From the NCBI RefSeq assembly GCF_018977255.1, contig NW_024704742.1:134232001-134296000 (forward strand): 64,000 nt of DNA, given 5' to 3'. Positions 39,038 to 51,767 of the stretch are shown here, one piece after another. The translations under genes were made by a program, and so were the position numbers. This DNA comes from Callorhinchus milii. Its lineage: Eukaryota. A model generated the notes under the pieces. It was given only the letters and a program-made list of their open reading frames with translations, had not been told where the DNA came from and searched no databases. Numbering within the stretch: the stretch's first letter is position 1; every line of letters starts with the position of its first letter.

Positions 39038-39640
39038 GGGGGGGAAGGGAAGGGAAGGTGGGTGGCTGATGGCATGGTCGAAGAGGAGGGTCTTGAGGCG
39101 GGACTTGAAGGAGGCTAAGGAGGGGGCGAGGCAGAGTGACTGGGGGATGGAATTCCAGAGGTTGGGGGCAGAGTGGCTGAAGGCTCTCCCTCAATGGTGG
39201 GGCGGGTGGGTCGGGGGACGTGGAGCCGCCAGAGTCGGCTGAGCGGAGGGAACAGGCGGGTTGGTAGGGGGTTAGGAGGTCACAGAGGTAGGGTGGGGCG
39301 AGGCCATGGAGGGCTTTGTAGGTGAGGACCAGGATCTTGGACTGGATCCTCCGAAGGATAGGGAGCCAATGGAGTTGGGCGAGAATGGGGTGATGGGGTC
39401 ACGGAGTTTGGTGCGGGAGAGGACACGGGCTGCAGAGTTCTGGGTTATCTGCAGCCTGTGGAGGGAGGAGTTGGGAAGGCCAACAAGCAGGGCGCTTGCA
39501 TAGTCGAGCCTGGAGGTGATGAAGGCATGAACAAGAGTTTCAGCGGCCTGAGGGGTGAGGTAATGGCTAAGTCGGGCAATTTTACGGAGGTGAGGGAAGG
39601 CAGAGCGAGTCATGGCTTGAATGTGGGGGAGAAAAGACAA
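39038..39640 (-). mobile_element. L2-clade LINE fragment
   Basis: [31 protein letters not shown]. Confidence 0.88.
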
Positions 39641-41225
39641 AGTAAATTGACTGCATAATTTCTGGGCGAAACGCAGAGAAAATTGCCCACAGCAGAGTCC
39701 CACAAACAGTCATGATTTGAGTGATTTTTTAAAAAAATATGACTTAATGCATGTGTCAGGAACAGTGTTTGTGAGCTTCGTGAAATCCACAGCAAAGGAC
39801 AAACAATGTTTTTCTTTACCACGTGGGTAATTAACGACTGGAACAGGAAGGATGGTTGAGGCCAGGACACTGGAACTCATTTTAAAAAAAGTAGCTTGAT
39901 CCTGTGATAGGATGAAGGATGAGACCAGATGAGCTGAAAAGTTTATCCAAACTAATCTTGTCATAAGTTTTCATCAATGATGTAGCACAGTTCATTTGGT
40001 ACTTATAAGAAAACAGCAGTCGTTTTTACCAGCAGTTTAAAGGCTTATATACCGATAATAGTCCTTGCATTTATAATAATACTTTCATTTTATATAGCGC
40101 CTTATCACGTCTTCAAGACATTTCAAAGCACTTCACAGAATATAAGTGATATGACTGTACATTTTGTGGGTGAAACGTGGCAGCCAATTACGTACAGCAG
40201 TACCTTATAGTTGTTAAGACGTCGATTATAGTAACAGTCCTTACATTTGGTATTGCACCTTACACATCAGGAGGACGTCCCAAAGAGCAGGAATTTACCA
40301 TGAAATGTATTGACTGTGTATTTTATAGGCTACTGCGACAGCCAATTTGCCCACAGCAATGTTCCACAAACAGCCATGAAGTGAGCGATCAGTTTTATAT
40401 GTGGGATAAAGTACCCTATCTAGCCTCCTTTTAAAGATGCCGAATGATTTTCAGAGCATTAAATTAAGTCCAGGGAAGCTTTCATTAAGGATCGACAGAA
40501 ATAACTCATACAACAACTTATATAATTCCGTTGACATAGGACAATGTCTTGGAGGAGTTCGCAGAGACGGGGTTGGAGAGCAAGTAAGTGGGAAGGGGGA
40601 GGTGATCATAGATGTGGTTGAAGAGGTAGATTTTTAGGTGGGATTCCATATCCTGTGTGAAATACCCTTAACGCCCTTACTTCCCAAGCCTGCCAGTTCA
40701 GGACGACATTAAAGATCTCTTGGCACTATTAAAAAAGTGAAGAGAGTTTCTCCCAATGTGCTGGGTGATATCCCCTCAAATAACATTTGTCATTCACTTC
40801 ATGGCTGTTCATGGGATATTACAGAGTGCAAATTAGCTGCCTACAAACACACAGCGGTTACACTTGACAGTAAATCCCGTGAAGCGCTTTGAGACGTTCT
40901 CTCAACGTGACATGAAAGGCGTTGTATCAAATCCAAGGTTTAGTTTAAGGATCTTCCTTGTAAAGATCTCACATGATTCTGTAGATGGTGATGATGTCTT
41001 GAGAACATCCTGTATGACGTTCTAGGGCCGAGTGCACAGACCTCGGTGTGAAGGAGTCTTAACGGACACCTCCTTATTTTCAGCTAAAGTTTGGGTGGAG
41101 AGACCCAAACGGAAGTGTGCCCGTAAAACATGAGAGAACCTAACCTTTCCCAATGGGGGAGTCACAGAGGTCACCACCTTCTTGTGAAGATGTGACTCAG
41201 AATAAGTTCAGTGTCCGTCAGAGGC

Positions 41226-41714
41226 TCATTCATAAAATCTGTCCTGGTCACTGAAACCCATCGGAGACTCATTCATATCGTGCTCGATGGGAACGTTAAT
41301 CCCTCTGTTGTTGCTGCAGTACTCACGGTCGTGCCTACAATCGGCCACTTGTCCGAGCGAGGTGTGGCTGTACATTTCCGAGGGGACAGCGCAGCTCACA
41401 GCCCCCATCAGGCCAGCGCTGGGGTTGTTATAGACCCCCAGGTGGGAGTGACTCTGGTAATGCTGATGGTAATGCTCAAACTCCGGGCTGCAAGTCATGC
41501 TCCGCACCGGGCTGTGAGAGGGGCTGTGGACCGGGCTGTGGGACGGGCTGTGAGGCATTGGGCACGTTACCAGACAGCTGTTCCTCCTGACCCCGCGGTG
41601 GATGTCCAACTTTGCGATCAGAGGCTTCCCCACATCCACCTCCTTGGCCTCTTCCACCAGCTCCGAGAGCCCCTGGTACTGATAGCGAAGGCAGACGGTG
41701 AACACTAGCCGCTC
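41226..41714 (-). CDS. MALT1: MALT1-family last coding exon, Ig3 end plus C-terminal tail, TGA stop
   Basis: ERLVFTVCLRYQYQGLSELVEEAKEVDVGKPLIAKLDIHRG...NVPIEHDMNESPMGFSDQDRFYE*. ctccag acceptor. Both ends resemble the human last exon. Confidence 0.95.
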   Translation of the reverse strand, partial: ERLVFTVCLRYQYQGLSELVEEAKEVDVGKPLIAKLDIHRGVRRNSCLVTCPMPHSPSHSPVHSPSHSPVRSMTCSPEFEHYHQHYQSHSHLGVYNNPSAGLMGAVSCAVPSEMYSHTSLGQVADCRHDREYCSNNRGINVPIEHDMNESPMGFSDQDRFYE

Positions 41715-41779
41715 CTGGAGACCAGAGAGAGGGAAAGAGGGGAAGAAAGAGTAAGTGATGAAGTGATGTAAGTAACAGG

Positions 41780-41786
41780 ATGTGTT

Positions 41787-41836
<50 letters not shown>

Positions 41837-42000
41837 GAAAGAAAGCAAGATAGAAAGCAAGAAAGAAAGAGAGCGCAAGAGAGAAAAAGAGAAAGAGCGA
41901 GAGAGAAACAGAGCACGAGAGAGAAAAAGCGAGCGAGAAAGAAAGAGGGAAGGAAAGAGCAAAAGGGAGAAAGTGAGAAAGAAACCAAGTGAGGCAGAAA
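41780..42000. repeat. (GT)n plus (GA)-rich low-complexity tract in the last MALT1 intron
   Basis: Directly visible. Confidence 0.95.
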
Positions 42001-43224
42001 GGAAGTGTCAAGTTCCGTTCACAACCGCATAAGGCAAAGTCCCACTACAACCATATCCACTTTATCTGGAATAACAGAGAAACTCCATTCTGCCCCGGAT
42101 CTTTAACATCTACCTGAGCAGACAGACATCGCCTAGGTTTAACATGTCAAGTGGATGATGGTACCTTCGATTATGGAGTGCAGTGTCTACCGAGACTGTG
42201 AGCTGAAAGCCCCAAAGTGAGTTGGGACACTTCTGTGCACAACTGGCTACTGCGTTTCGCCCACAAAATACACAGTCACTCCACTTTACAGCATACGCAG
42301 TGAAGTGCTTCGAGCGGGCTCGGTGACGCGATAAGGCGTTCCAGCAAATGCAAGGATTATTATTATTAATATTATTGCAACCGACAGAGCCGAGCTGTCA
42401 TGTGCTCGCTATGTTCCTAATTTACAGCCACAGGAGGAAACAAGCCAAGACCTTGGCAAAACAGTTGCGTTCCTGTACAATAACACAGCATGTTCAAGTT
42501 TATAAAGGGAAAGGTCAGGTTTCACCTAGGCAAACAAATGCTGGCAAAAGACACTTAAAATTGCTCCCAAATGACTGACACTGTTATGGGGGAATACTTG
42601 ATACGGGGTTCCTGTAATATTTCAGGTTCATGTGTCCATCAGTTGCTGGGTTCAGAATTGGTACAGTGCATCAAGCCAGTAATATTTCATCCTGGGAATT
42701 ATCACTGTTGACATGAATGAAGAAGCTAAACAGGTGCCTTGCAGGAAAGCTGCCAAATACTGAGTGTGTTTTGTTTTTCCTCTTACTGTCTTTTTTTAAT
42801 AATAATAATCCTTACATTTGATATTAAAAAAGTATTCGGTCACTCAATCCGTCACTGCTTCTGGGTCCCTGCTGTGCGTAATTGGCTGTCGTGTTTCACC
42901 CACAAAATACACAGTGAATTCACTAGATAGTATATATGCGAAGCGCTTTGAGACATCTCAGCGACATGAGAAGGCACTGTTTCAAAATTCAAGGATTATC
43001 CTGCCTTTCGCATCAAGAGGGCAGCTCAAGAGCTTCACAGGAATTTACTGTAAACTTTGGTGACTGTATTTGTAGGCGAACCGACAGGCAATTTGCGCAA
43101 AGCAAACAGCTATGAAGTGAATGACCCATGTTATATGGGCGAATTGTTTGCCAGGACACTGGGAGAAACTGATACGACTTACGTGAGTGTTACTGTATAG
43201 ACTGGGAGCATTGAGATGTTTTAC

Positions 43225-43350
43225 CTTTAACTTCTGCAAGGCGCTCAGCCTTGTGTACAGACACTGCTCCGGGAGATCTTTGGAGAGCAAATAGCTGCCT
43301 GTTTCCTCTGGAGTTCCTCGGTTGGTCTTCTTCGGATCTACATCCAGGTC
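43225..43350 (-). CDS. MALT1: MALT1-family exon, Ig3
   Basis: DLDVDPKKTNRGTPEETGSYLLSKDLPEQCLYTRLSALQKLK. 126 nt, phase 0-0. Confidence 0.96.
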
Positions 43351-44104
43351 CTGTCCTCACAAAAAAGAAAAAACAATCATGAAGACTCCCTTTCCTCCAC
43401 AATCAAGTGTTCCTTTAGGTTCTTGGCGCCCCTCTTACCATCAAGTTGACTGTAGTTTCTGAACCTCGTTCTGAACAGAGTGGATTTATTATTATATTAT
43501 TGTTAATATGAATTTTCCAAAATTAAGTCTTGAATTTTAAGACATAATAATAATAATCCTTGCATTTGATATAGCGCTTTTCACGTCTTCTAGATGTCTT
43601 CATAGAATATGCTGTAAAGCAAATTGACTGTATATTTGTGGGTGAAACGCGGCAGCCAATTGCGCACAGCAATGTTCCACAAACAGTCGTGGACTGAAAA
43701 TGACCAATTTATTCTTGTTTTGTTTTGGAGGGATTATATCGACATACACTCAATATAGGGCCTTATCACATCATAGAGATATCTCAAAGGGCTTCACAGA
43801 ATATACTGTAAAGTGGATTGACTGTATATTTTGTGGGCAAAAACGTGCCAGACAGTTGCGCACAGCAGCGTCGGACAAACAGTTGTGGATTGAGAGACTA
43901 AATTATTTATTTAGTGATTTAATTATTTTGAAGCGATTATTACCCCCGGAAAGGGATCTGCCAATTGACTGATTGCCCAATTGCGCACAGCAGTGTCCCA
44001 CAGACAGTCATGGATTGAGTGACCAAATTTTTTGACAGATTATTAACCCCGGAAAGCGATCCGCCAATCGACTAACTACCGAAATGATTAACTGATAATC
44101 TCAC

Positions 44105-44262
44105 CGTTGGAAAATCTGTCACATAAGCATCGCACATTACAATTTCCTTGGGCTTCCCTACGATCCGAGTGTAAATGATCATGACATTGGAGAACTCTGC
44201 AGCGAAGCCCAGCTGGATTTTGACGCCACACTCAAAGTCAAGCCATTTGCTCTCGGGCAGCT
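44105..44262 (-). CDS. MALT1: MALT1-family exon, Ig3
   Basis: ELPESKWLDFECGVKIQLGFAAEFSNVMIIYTRIVGKPKEIVMCDAYVTDFPT. 158 nt, canonical splice sites. Confidence 0.96.
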
Positions 44263-44269
44263 CTGGAGA

Positions 44270-44600
44270 GAACAACAACAACAACAAATTACATCTGTAC
44301 AGCGCCTTTCACATCAGTAGGACATCCCAAGGCGCTGGACAGTAAAGGATTTGCAACCGAGCTGGGGAATGGGATCAGGAGGGGTGGAGAGCAGGGAAGG
44401 GTACCAGTAGGAGGGCAACCAAAGGTGTAGTAGAAACTTGCCTTGAAGGAGGCAAGAGAGGGAGCGAGGCAAAGGGCCTGTGGGATGGAGTTCCAAAGGG
44501 TGGGACAGAGAGGCTGAAGGCCTGACCGCCAATGCTGAGGCTAGCCGGGCAGAGGATATGGAGCAGGCTGGATTCCACTGAGCGGAGAAATGGACAGGTC
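44270..44600 (-). mobile_element. L2 3' fragment abutting a MALT1 splice acceptor
   Basis: L2 3'UTR with a (TTG)n tail ending a few bases before the acceptor of exon 44105-44262. Confidence 0.8.
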
Positions 44601-44745
44601 AATTTGGAGTGAGCCCCCACTACCTTGTCCCACTCACAACCAAGCCCCCCTCCCCCCACTCATACCCAAGCCTCCCTCCCCCACTGACTTCAAAGCCCTC
44701 CCCACCATCCTCCCCCTTCTGCCCCCAGCCTGTGCCTCTCCTCAC

Positions 44746-44895
44746 CATGAGCCTTTGCCCACTGCAGGTTACGTGCGAGGGATTCCACAGAGCAGCCTGA
44801 GGAGCGGATGGGATCGGTCAGGGCTCTCTTCTCACTCAGACTGCTGCGGATCTCCAGCGCCTGCTTCCCCTTCGTCAGGTCACAAGTCCCCATAT
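44746..44895 (-). CDS. MALT1: MALT1-family exon, caspase domain end and Ig3 connecting helix
   Basis: DMGTCDLTKGKQALEIRSSLSEKRALTDPI...RNLQWAKAH. 150 nt, tgcag acceptor, gtgag donor. Confidence 0.96.
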
Positions 44896-45412
44896 CTGCA
44901 ACACAGCAAAGACCCGACAGGGCTGTTAGCTAAAGCTCCGGAGGTTACCAGCCTCTTCACTCCTCCTCTTGATTTCACCTCAGAACTTTCACCTCAGATT
45001 TACGTCTTCAAGCACTGCATTGAGCTGTAGTGAGGAGCCAGCCCTCGGCACATTAATCTACAAGGAGCACAGTCTGAGCAAGGCGTGGTAGACCGCCATC
45101 TCCAGCGCAATGCCCCCTCCCTCCCAGCGCATCGCTCCCCCATCGCCACTCCGAACCCCCCTCTCCCTTCCCTCCCTCTAGAGCGCAGCAGAACCAGAGT
45201 TTAGTATTTCGCTAACCAGCAGCTGTTTTGATGTTAATCAAAACATCTAAGAGTGAATCCAGTTACAACTCTTGATTATAACATGCTGTGTTATAGAGCA
45301 CCCAATGACACTGCCCCAGTTACTACGCACACAATTACATCGTGTCTGGTTACACCACGCTCGGTTACACCAGCCCTGGGAAGCCCTTGCCTTGAGGCCC
45401 CTGTGGCCTTAC

Positions 45413-45540
45413 CTTCAGCCACCCGGTCGAGTAGCACAGTGATCTTCTCATCCTCCAGCAGCCGCTCCTTCAGGAATTTCATAAAGATCCCATTGGCTAA
45501 ACCGTAGTGCTGGATCTCAAAGGCCTCGGCCCCCTGGCAC
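45413..45540 (-). CDS. MALT1: MALT1-family exon, caspase-like domain
   Basis: CQGAEAFEIQHYGLANGIFMKFLKERLLEDEKITVLLDRVAE. 128 nt, canonical splice sites. Confidence 0.96.
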
Positions 45541-45841
45541 CTGCCAACAGAGACAACACACCTCAGCCAAGTCCACAGGGAGTTCAATCGGGATTCAGCC
45601 CCAGTTAAAGTGTCTGATCAGGTAAATGGCCTCCTGCTCACTCCCTTCCTCACCTCGTTTAAGGCATGAAGTGAGGTGAGAGCACGAGAGGGTGGGGGAG
45701 GGGGTGGTGGAGAGAGGGAGGGGAGGTGACCGATGGCACGTTCAAAGGGGTAGTTTTTTGGGGAGAGGGTTAAATACAGTCGGGGAGTGGGCGAGAGGGG
45801 ATGGCAAGGGGGGAGGCAATACAGAGGAACATAAACCTTAC

Positions 45842-45916
45842 GTTGCGTATCCAAACACAATGTTGGCTGTGACTCTCAACGCCTCCACGTTGGGGATGGT
45901 GTCATCATACACATTC
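45842..45916 (-). CDS. MALT1: MALT1-family exon, caspase-like domain
   Basis: NVYDDTIPNVEALRVTANIVFGYAT resembles human NDYDDTIPILDALKVTANIVFGYAT. 75 nt, tgcag acceptor, gtaagg donor. Confidence 0.95.
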
Positions 45917-46265
45917 CTGCAAACACAGAATCGCACAGTTCAGCCGTCCGTATAATAACAACAATAATCTTTGCATCGCAAAGCGTCTCAAAGCGCTTCA
46001 CGGAATATTGCTTTGGAAATGTGGTTAAACTTTATTTTATGTTCATGGTGAGTGAGCAACTCGCTGTCTCACTCATTTATTCGTGCATCTGTGCACATAC
46101 TCGCTCAAGTGCCATCATGCCCACACTTACTCATACCCATCAATCACTCACTTACACTGAGTATCCAGAACAGGCCAAAACAATTACACTTAACGAAAAC
46201 TAAAAAACAGCCAGTCAGGAAATCTTAGTGAATGACAGAGCCCGTCCCTCGGCTTGGCTCAGTAC

Positions 46266-46443
46266 CTTTTCCTACACATGTCCAGAAGAAATACATTCAG
46301 CCCAGTCTCTTTCTCCTGCATTAGCTTGAGGATGCTCTGCACACACAAGCAGTGTGCAGACCTATAGGGATTCGGAGCATTAATTGGGACCATAAAACTG
46401 TTTCCGTAGTTTTCGTAACCATGACCAGCGTAGTACAGCAAAC
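46266..46443 (-). CDS. MALT1: MALT1-family exon carrying the catalytic His and Cys
   Basis: GLLYYAGHGYENYGNSFMVP...GLNVFLLDMCRKR contains the AGHG and DMCR paracaspase motifs. 178 nt, canonical splice sites. Confidence 0.98.
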
Positions 46444-47642
46444 CTGTAACAAACAGTCAAGGAGAACAAGTCAGACACCACAACAATCTGCACTTAGTTC
46501 AGTACAATATAAACTAAATTACCTTAATATAGCGCCTTTCAGGTCAGAAGAACTTCCCAAGGCGCTACCTTATTACATAGGATAACTTGTCATAGGATAA
46601 CATAGGATAAAGAATATTCATTTAGTCACTCAATCCATGACAGTTTGTGGGACAGATACTGCTGTGCGCAATTGACCCCGCGTTTCACCTACAAAATATC
46701 TAGTCAATTCACTTGTACTCTGTGAAGCGCTTTGAGACGTCCCATCGACGTGTTAATATATATTATCATTATATTCTCGAAGCACTTTAAAGAGAGTGTG
46801 CATCACCTGGCTCCTGTTAACACTGCAAGCCAAATCCCTAATGGGTAGGGTGGGGGTGCCCCAGTTTGGCAAGCAGCAAAAAAAAAAGCGTGCCAGACAG
46901 TGCTTTCAATAGAAAGCTATGCGGTTTTGGCCTGGTTAGACTCCAGCAGTTATTCCAACGCACACTCATCACAAGCCGTGACTCACTCTCCAGAATTAGG
47001 TGAGCACTCTGCATCCCTCCGGAGAGGAGAGAGAGTGCATTCCATTCCAGTCACAGGGAGAAGTCCACTTACATAATAATAAATGAATGTAAGGATAATT
47101 CATTAATTATTATTAATAAAGTAATGGTAATAGCAGTAATACTGATTTATGAAACGTTAAGTGCTGGAGTCATTTAAGGGTTGATTTTCTATCTTTCCTC
47201 CATTTTGCTCTCTCTCATTCACTTTCTGTTCCTCACTCACTCTGACTCACTTCCCTTTCGCCTTTAGCTGACACAGCTTCAGACAGACCCAGGCCAACCA
47301 GCAACAGGTAGGGAGAGGAGAGAAGCAGATAGCTTCTGCTGACACACATTTCTTTCAAAGATAGAAATAGATACATGTGCAGAAGGTGTAAATCCCAAAC
47401 GTAAAGGCTGTGCAATTTGTATCCAGCATTACATAAGAGTGCAAAAGAGGACCTTTTAGCCAATGGGGCACAGAGCCCACTGACTAAATGTCAGAGGCTC
47501 CAATTGCCTCGTGTCAATTCAGACTTGGAAGGACTGCAAGATTTCACACAGGGCCTGTTACCTGATACTCAGGCCACTTGTGGACAACAGTGTTTTTCAT
47601 GCGTATCCTGTGTTTACGAAGCTTGCAAAGTGCCTCACAAAG

Positions 47643-48085
47643 GCAACAACAAATTACAGCGCCTTTCGTGTCGGGAGGACATCCCAAGGCACTTGACGGT
47701 CATGGATTTGGATCCGAGCTGTTGATTGGGATCAGGTAGGGTGGAGGGCAGGGAGGGTAGGGGTAGGAGGGTAGCCGAATGCGTGATTGAAGAGCAGGGT
47801 CCTGAGATGTGCCTTGAAGGAGGCAAGAAAGGAAGTGAGGCAAAGGGAATGTGGGCTGGAGTTCCAACTGGTGGATGCAGAGGCTGAAGGCCTGACTGTC
47901 GATGGTGGGGCAGGCCGGGCGGGGGAACGTGGAGCAGGCCGGTGCCTGCTGAGCGGAAGGAGCGGACAGGTTGATATGGGGTTAGCAGGTCACAAAGGTA
48001 GGAGGGGGCAAGGCCGTGGAGGACCTTGATCCTCTGGGGGATGGGGAGCAGTGGAGCCGGGCGAGGTGGGGGTGATGGGGTCACA
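47643..48085 (-). mobile_element. L2 3' fragment
   Basis: LHGLAPSYLCDLLTPYQPVRSFRS, L2 tail. Confidence 0.82.
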
Positions 48086-48964
48086 ACAACCATGTCGTGA
48101 CCCTCACGTAAGGTAGTGTCCCAGAGCCTTACAAAGACAATGGAGATCTCTGAACAGAAAGGAGTGGAGTGAAGGTAAATGGCCAGAGACACTTGAAGGA
48201 AAGAAGGTGACAGGATCAATGCTTCGAAAATACACACTACACTTCACAAGAAAATCCCAAGAAGACTTCCTTCCAATGTGAAAGACGTATTGAACGTAAG
48301 GATTTTTAAGGCAGGGAGCACTGGTGACTGGGGCTATAGTGGCTGAAGATATTTAGAACTATAGAAATTCACAGCGCAGAAGGAGTCCATTCGGCCCATC
48401 AAGTCTACACCGGCTCTCAGATTAAGCTGTTGATTCAACAACACCTTGTATTTCTATAGATCCTTCAAGTTGGGGTAGCAACTTGGAGCCCTCCAATCCC
48501 ACTGCTCTTCAGAGATGCAGCCTGACCTGCTGCGTGTTCCCAGCGACTTCTGTTTCTATTTCAGATTTCCAGATTTTTGCAGTATTTTGCCTTTTCTTCA
48601 AGCCATTAACTGTCTACTTCTCTCTTGAAATCCACAATGAACTCTGCCTCGAATACCTTACTTGCCGGGCATTCCACATCCCAACAGCTCTCTGTGTGAA
48701 AAAAAATCTCCTTTCGTTCTATAGGTCCTCCTGTCACTGACTCTCCTCCCAGTGGAATAGCTTCTCCCCAGTCACCCTGTCAAAAACCCTTATGTAATTT
48801 TGCACAAATCTATCAGCTCCCCTCTCAACCTTCTCTGATCAAATGGAAAAAGAGGCTGGCAGCAAAAAGTAGCTGGAAATAGATACCAACGAGCCCTTTG
48901 GCTGGTTCAAACCTCATCTCCTTCGTCCAGCCATCAATGCACAGGAGCAAGTAACAAATAAATA

Positions 48965-49388
48965 ATGAATAATCCTTGCATTTGATACAGGTCCTTACCA
49001 TGTCATCGACACGTCCCAAAGTGCTTTACAGGGTATACTGTAAAGCGGTGTTACTGTGTGTATTTGCCGCCAACAAGTTCCCCAACACTTCCCACAAGCA
49101 GCGGTGCAGTGAGTGACCAATTTATTTAGGGGCTTGTTGGCCCCGACACAGGTATAAACTCACTTCTCTTTTCGAGTAGTGTCATGGAATCTTTAATGTC
49201 CACCTGAACAGACAGACTGGACCTCAGTTTAATGTCTCATCTGAAGGAATAGAACATCTGACAATACAATGCACCCCCAGCACTGCATTGGAATATCGGC
49301 CTTGATTATATGAGTTCCAAGTCCTGACGTGGGGCTTGAACCCTCAACCGTGTGACTCAGAGGCGAGAGTGCTACCAACTGAGCCAGG
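48965..49388 (-). mobile_element. Second tRNA-derived Deu-domain SINE (family B, SacSINE1-like). Similar copies at about 22880-23125, 23520-23920, 25240-25510, 31645-31830, 35540-36385, 40690-40940 and 61440-61860
   Basis: Head ggctcagttggtagcactctcgcctctgagtca, body gttcaggtggacattaaagattccatg, then the Deu core and tail. Confidence 0.8.
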
Positions 49389-49740
49389 AAGTAACAACCT
49401 CTGGGGACCTGGGTAGGCCAGTCAGAAACTGGTATTTTAGCCCCTGCCCCTGATCTTCGAACTTGTTCAGGTCGACATGTGGCAATGGGAAGGGGTCAGA
49501 CTCTTTCACCAGGGATCTCAAGGTAAAGACTAAAGATGACGTACTCAGGATTGAAGACTATAAATAGCCTGAGTTAAAAGGCAAAGTCCATCACTTGGAG
49601 TCCTGTAGCTTAGTGGTTAGAGCACTCGACAATTGACTAACAACCGGGTTGCTACTCACTGCTAGGTAAACAGCGGTGTGTGGACCAAGGACTGCCTAAG
49701 GTTTTGCCTCGGCCGGGAATCGAACCCATGTCCTCTCGCT

Positions 49741-50042
49741 TAATAATAATAATAATAATCCTTGCATTTGATATAGCGTTTTTCACGTCTTCTAGACGTC
49801 CCAAAGCACTTCACAGAATATACTGTAAAGTGAATTGATTGTATATTTGTGGGCGAACGCGGCAGCCAATTGCGCACAGCAATGTCCCACAAACAGTCGT
49901 GGATTGAAAATGACCAATTTATTATTGTTTTGTTTTTTGGAGGGATTATTATTAGGTCTGTGGAGTAAGGAAACTTGCCCAAGGTTTCGCCCTCTGCCTG
50001 GAATTGAACTCGGGTCTCTCGCTTGCAAAGCGAGTGCTCTAA
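49741..50042 (-). mobile_element. Family A SINE, young subfamily
   Basis: Near-identical to 30129-30457 in reverse orientation. Confidence 0.9.
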
Positions 50043-50096
50043 GTCACAGTGTGATGTACTCTAGCCCAGGCCTGAAGGGGCCCAGAGGAAACGTAC

Positions 50097-50300
50097 CATA
50101 CACTCCCTTGTCCAGCAAGAGCAGGAATTCATAGACAGCGTTCCTCATCTCAAACTCGGTCAGGTCCAGCAGGGAGACCACCTTGAAGTCCAGCTGTCTC
50201 AGCAGGTTAGTCAGCTCATACACGTCCACCATGGGGGCCTTCAGCTTGGGGTGGTTGTGGTAGGACATGTTGCCGATCAGAAGAGCCACCTTGTCAGTCG
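50097..50300 (-). CDS. MALT1: MALT1-family exon, start of the caspase-like domain
   Basis: ATDKVALLIGNMSYHNHPKLKAPMVDVYELTNLLRQLDFKVVSLLDLTEFEMRNAVYEFLLLLDKGVY, highly similar to human MALT1. 204 nt, tagcag acceptor, gtacgt donor. Confidence 0.97.
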
Positions 50301-50773
50301 CTGCTAAAATAGGAACACCTTAAGAGTTTGAGAGGGAATAAAGGAATGGATGGAGACTCTTGAGCACGGTAAAACGCACATAAGTCTTTGTAAATTGTAT
50401 AAAGAGCTAAGTTGTACATTCACCCGAGTCCCATTCAGTTTCTTACCAAAACTACTTAGATTTATTTGCACTGTTCGTATTAATCACCTCCTAACTCAAA
50501 AGCCACTCCCTACCCTTGCAGGAATCGTATTCTTGATCCATCCACCCACGCACAGAACTTAATTACTCGCGATTCATTGCAATTCCAATGCCTTGATGGT
50601 AAGTACACATATGGCGACAGATACACGGTCATCTCTCTCCCTCCACCACCCCCCCCGACCACCCCCCCGCAACCCCCTCAGCTCCAATGCCAAGGCAGTA
50701 CTGTTAAGCCCCTTGGGAAACCCTCCTGAAATGAATGGAGCTGTGGAAATATACATTTGCATTTGTTACTCAC

Positions 50774-50821
50774 CAAAATGTCTTCGGTTGAAGTCTAGCT
50801 GTCCAATGTCAGCTGGATTGC
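50774..50821 (-). CDS. MALT1: MALT1-family 48-nt linker exon
   Basis: (S)NPADIGQLDFNRRHF. tttatcag acceptor, gtgagt donor, phase 1-1, leads in frame into ATDKVALLIGN. Confidence 0.75.
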
Positions 50822-51112
50822 CTGATAAACAAATTATATTCTTTCATGGAAATGGTTCATATAATGGTTGAATTGCAATGTGATCTTGCTCAAGTTCTAG
50901 CCTTTGCTGTTGTAAAGCTGTCTGCGCTGACATTAACTCAACAACAACTCAATTTTGCATTCATTCGGCACATTATTTAGGATATCTCAAAAAGAGAATG
51001 TCAGACGAGAGTACTACTACAGCCGGGCTGACAGGTACCCTATTAACATCTGTCATTAATACAATCTCACAAGTTTCTCTGAGGAGTTTCTCTGATGGAG
51101 AAACACACTTAC

Positions 51113-51139
51113 TTGTTTCTTCAGGAAGCATCAACCCAT
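51113..51139 (-). CDS. MALT1: MALT1-family 27-nt linker micro-exon
   Basis: (D)GLMLPEET. tctctttcag acceptor, gtaagt donor, phase 1-1, keeps the frame. Confidence 0.75.
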
Positions 51140-51767
51140 CTGAAAGAGATTCAGATACAAAGATTCGTTTAAAAAAAAGCCTTTAATTTTTTAAAATTAA
51201 AATGGAACAATTTTTAATTCTTCCCAACCAAAGGGATGAAATTCCACATTGTCTTAACAGTTACGATTAAGCGGAATTTTTGAAAGTTTCTTCAATTTCA
51301 GTCGTAATTTGGAAGCCAGTTTCTTTTTCTTTAAAATAACTGCTTTTCAAAACAATTCTTCACAATCTACAAAGGTTAAGATAAAATGATCTTCAGGCTG
51401 AGGACATTAGAAATTTAATAATAAGAATAATAATCCTTGCATTTGATATAACGCCTTATCACGTCTTCGAGACCTTTCAAAATGCTTCACAGAATATACT
51501 GTAAAGTGAATTGACTGTATATTTTGCAGGAGAAATCTCAGATCTGAAGCAACGTAACAGAAGCAATGTCCTTTTTGTTTTCTCGGGATTTTGACATATG
51601 CGAAAACCCATCACCATGCTTAAGGGTATTCAAGACTGAGAGTTCCACATATGTATGCCATCCCATATGGGGATTTCTCTGCATCTGGGATGGAATGCGC
51701 ATTCTCTCCCTTTTGACATACTGATTTGCACAGTAGGCGTTAAGTGGCTCAAGCCAATTAAGTAGTT

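Noticed and set aside
41211..41708. 165-aa plus-strand ORF
   Set aside because: It is the antisense shadow of the MALT1 last exon.
41715..42011. Hydrophobic N-terminal extension of the 261-aa ORF, resembling transmembrane segments
   Set aside because: It is an intronic CT-rich tract upstream of the ctccag acceptor. MALT1 homology begins at 41714.
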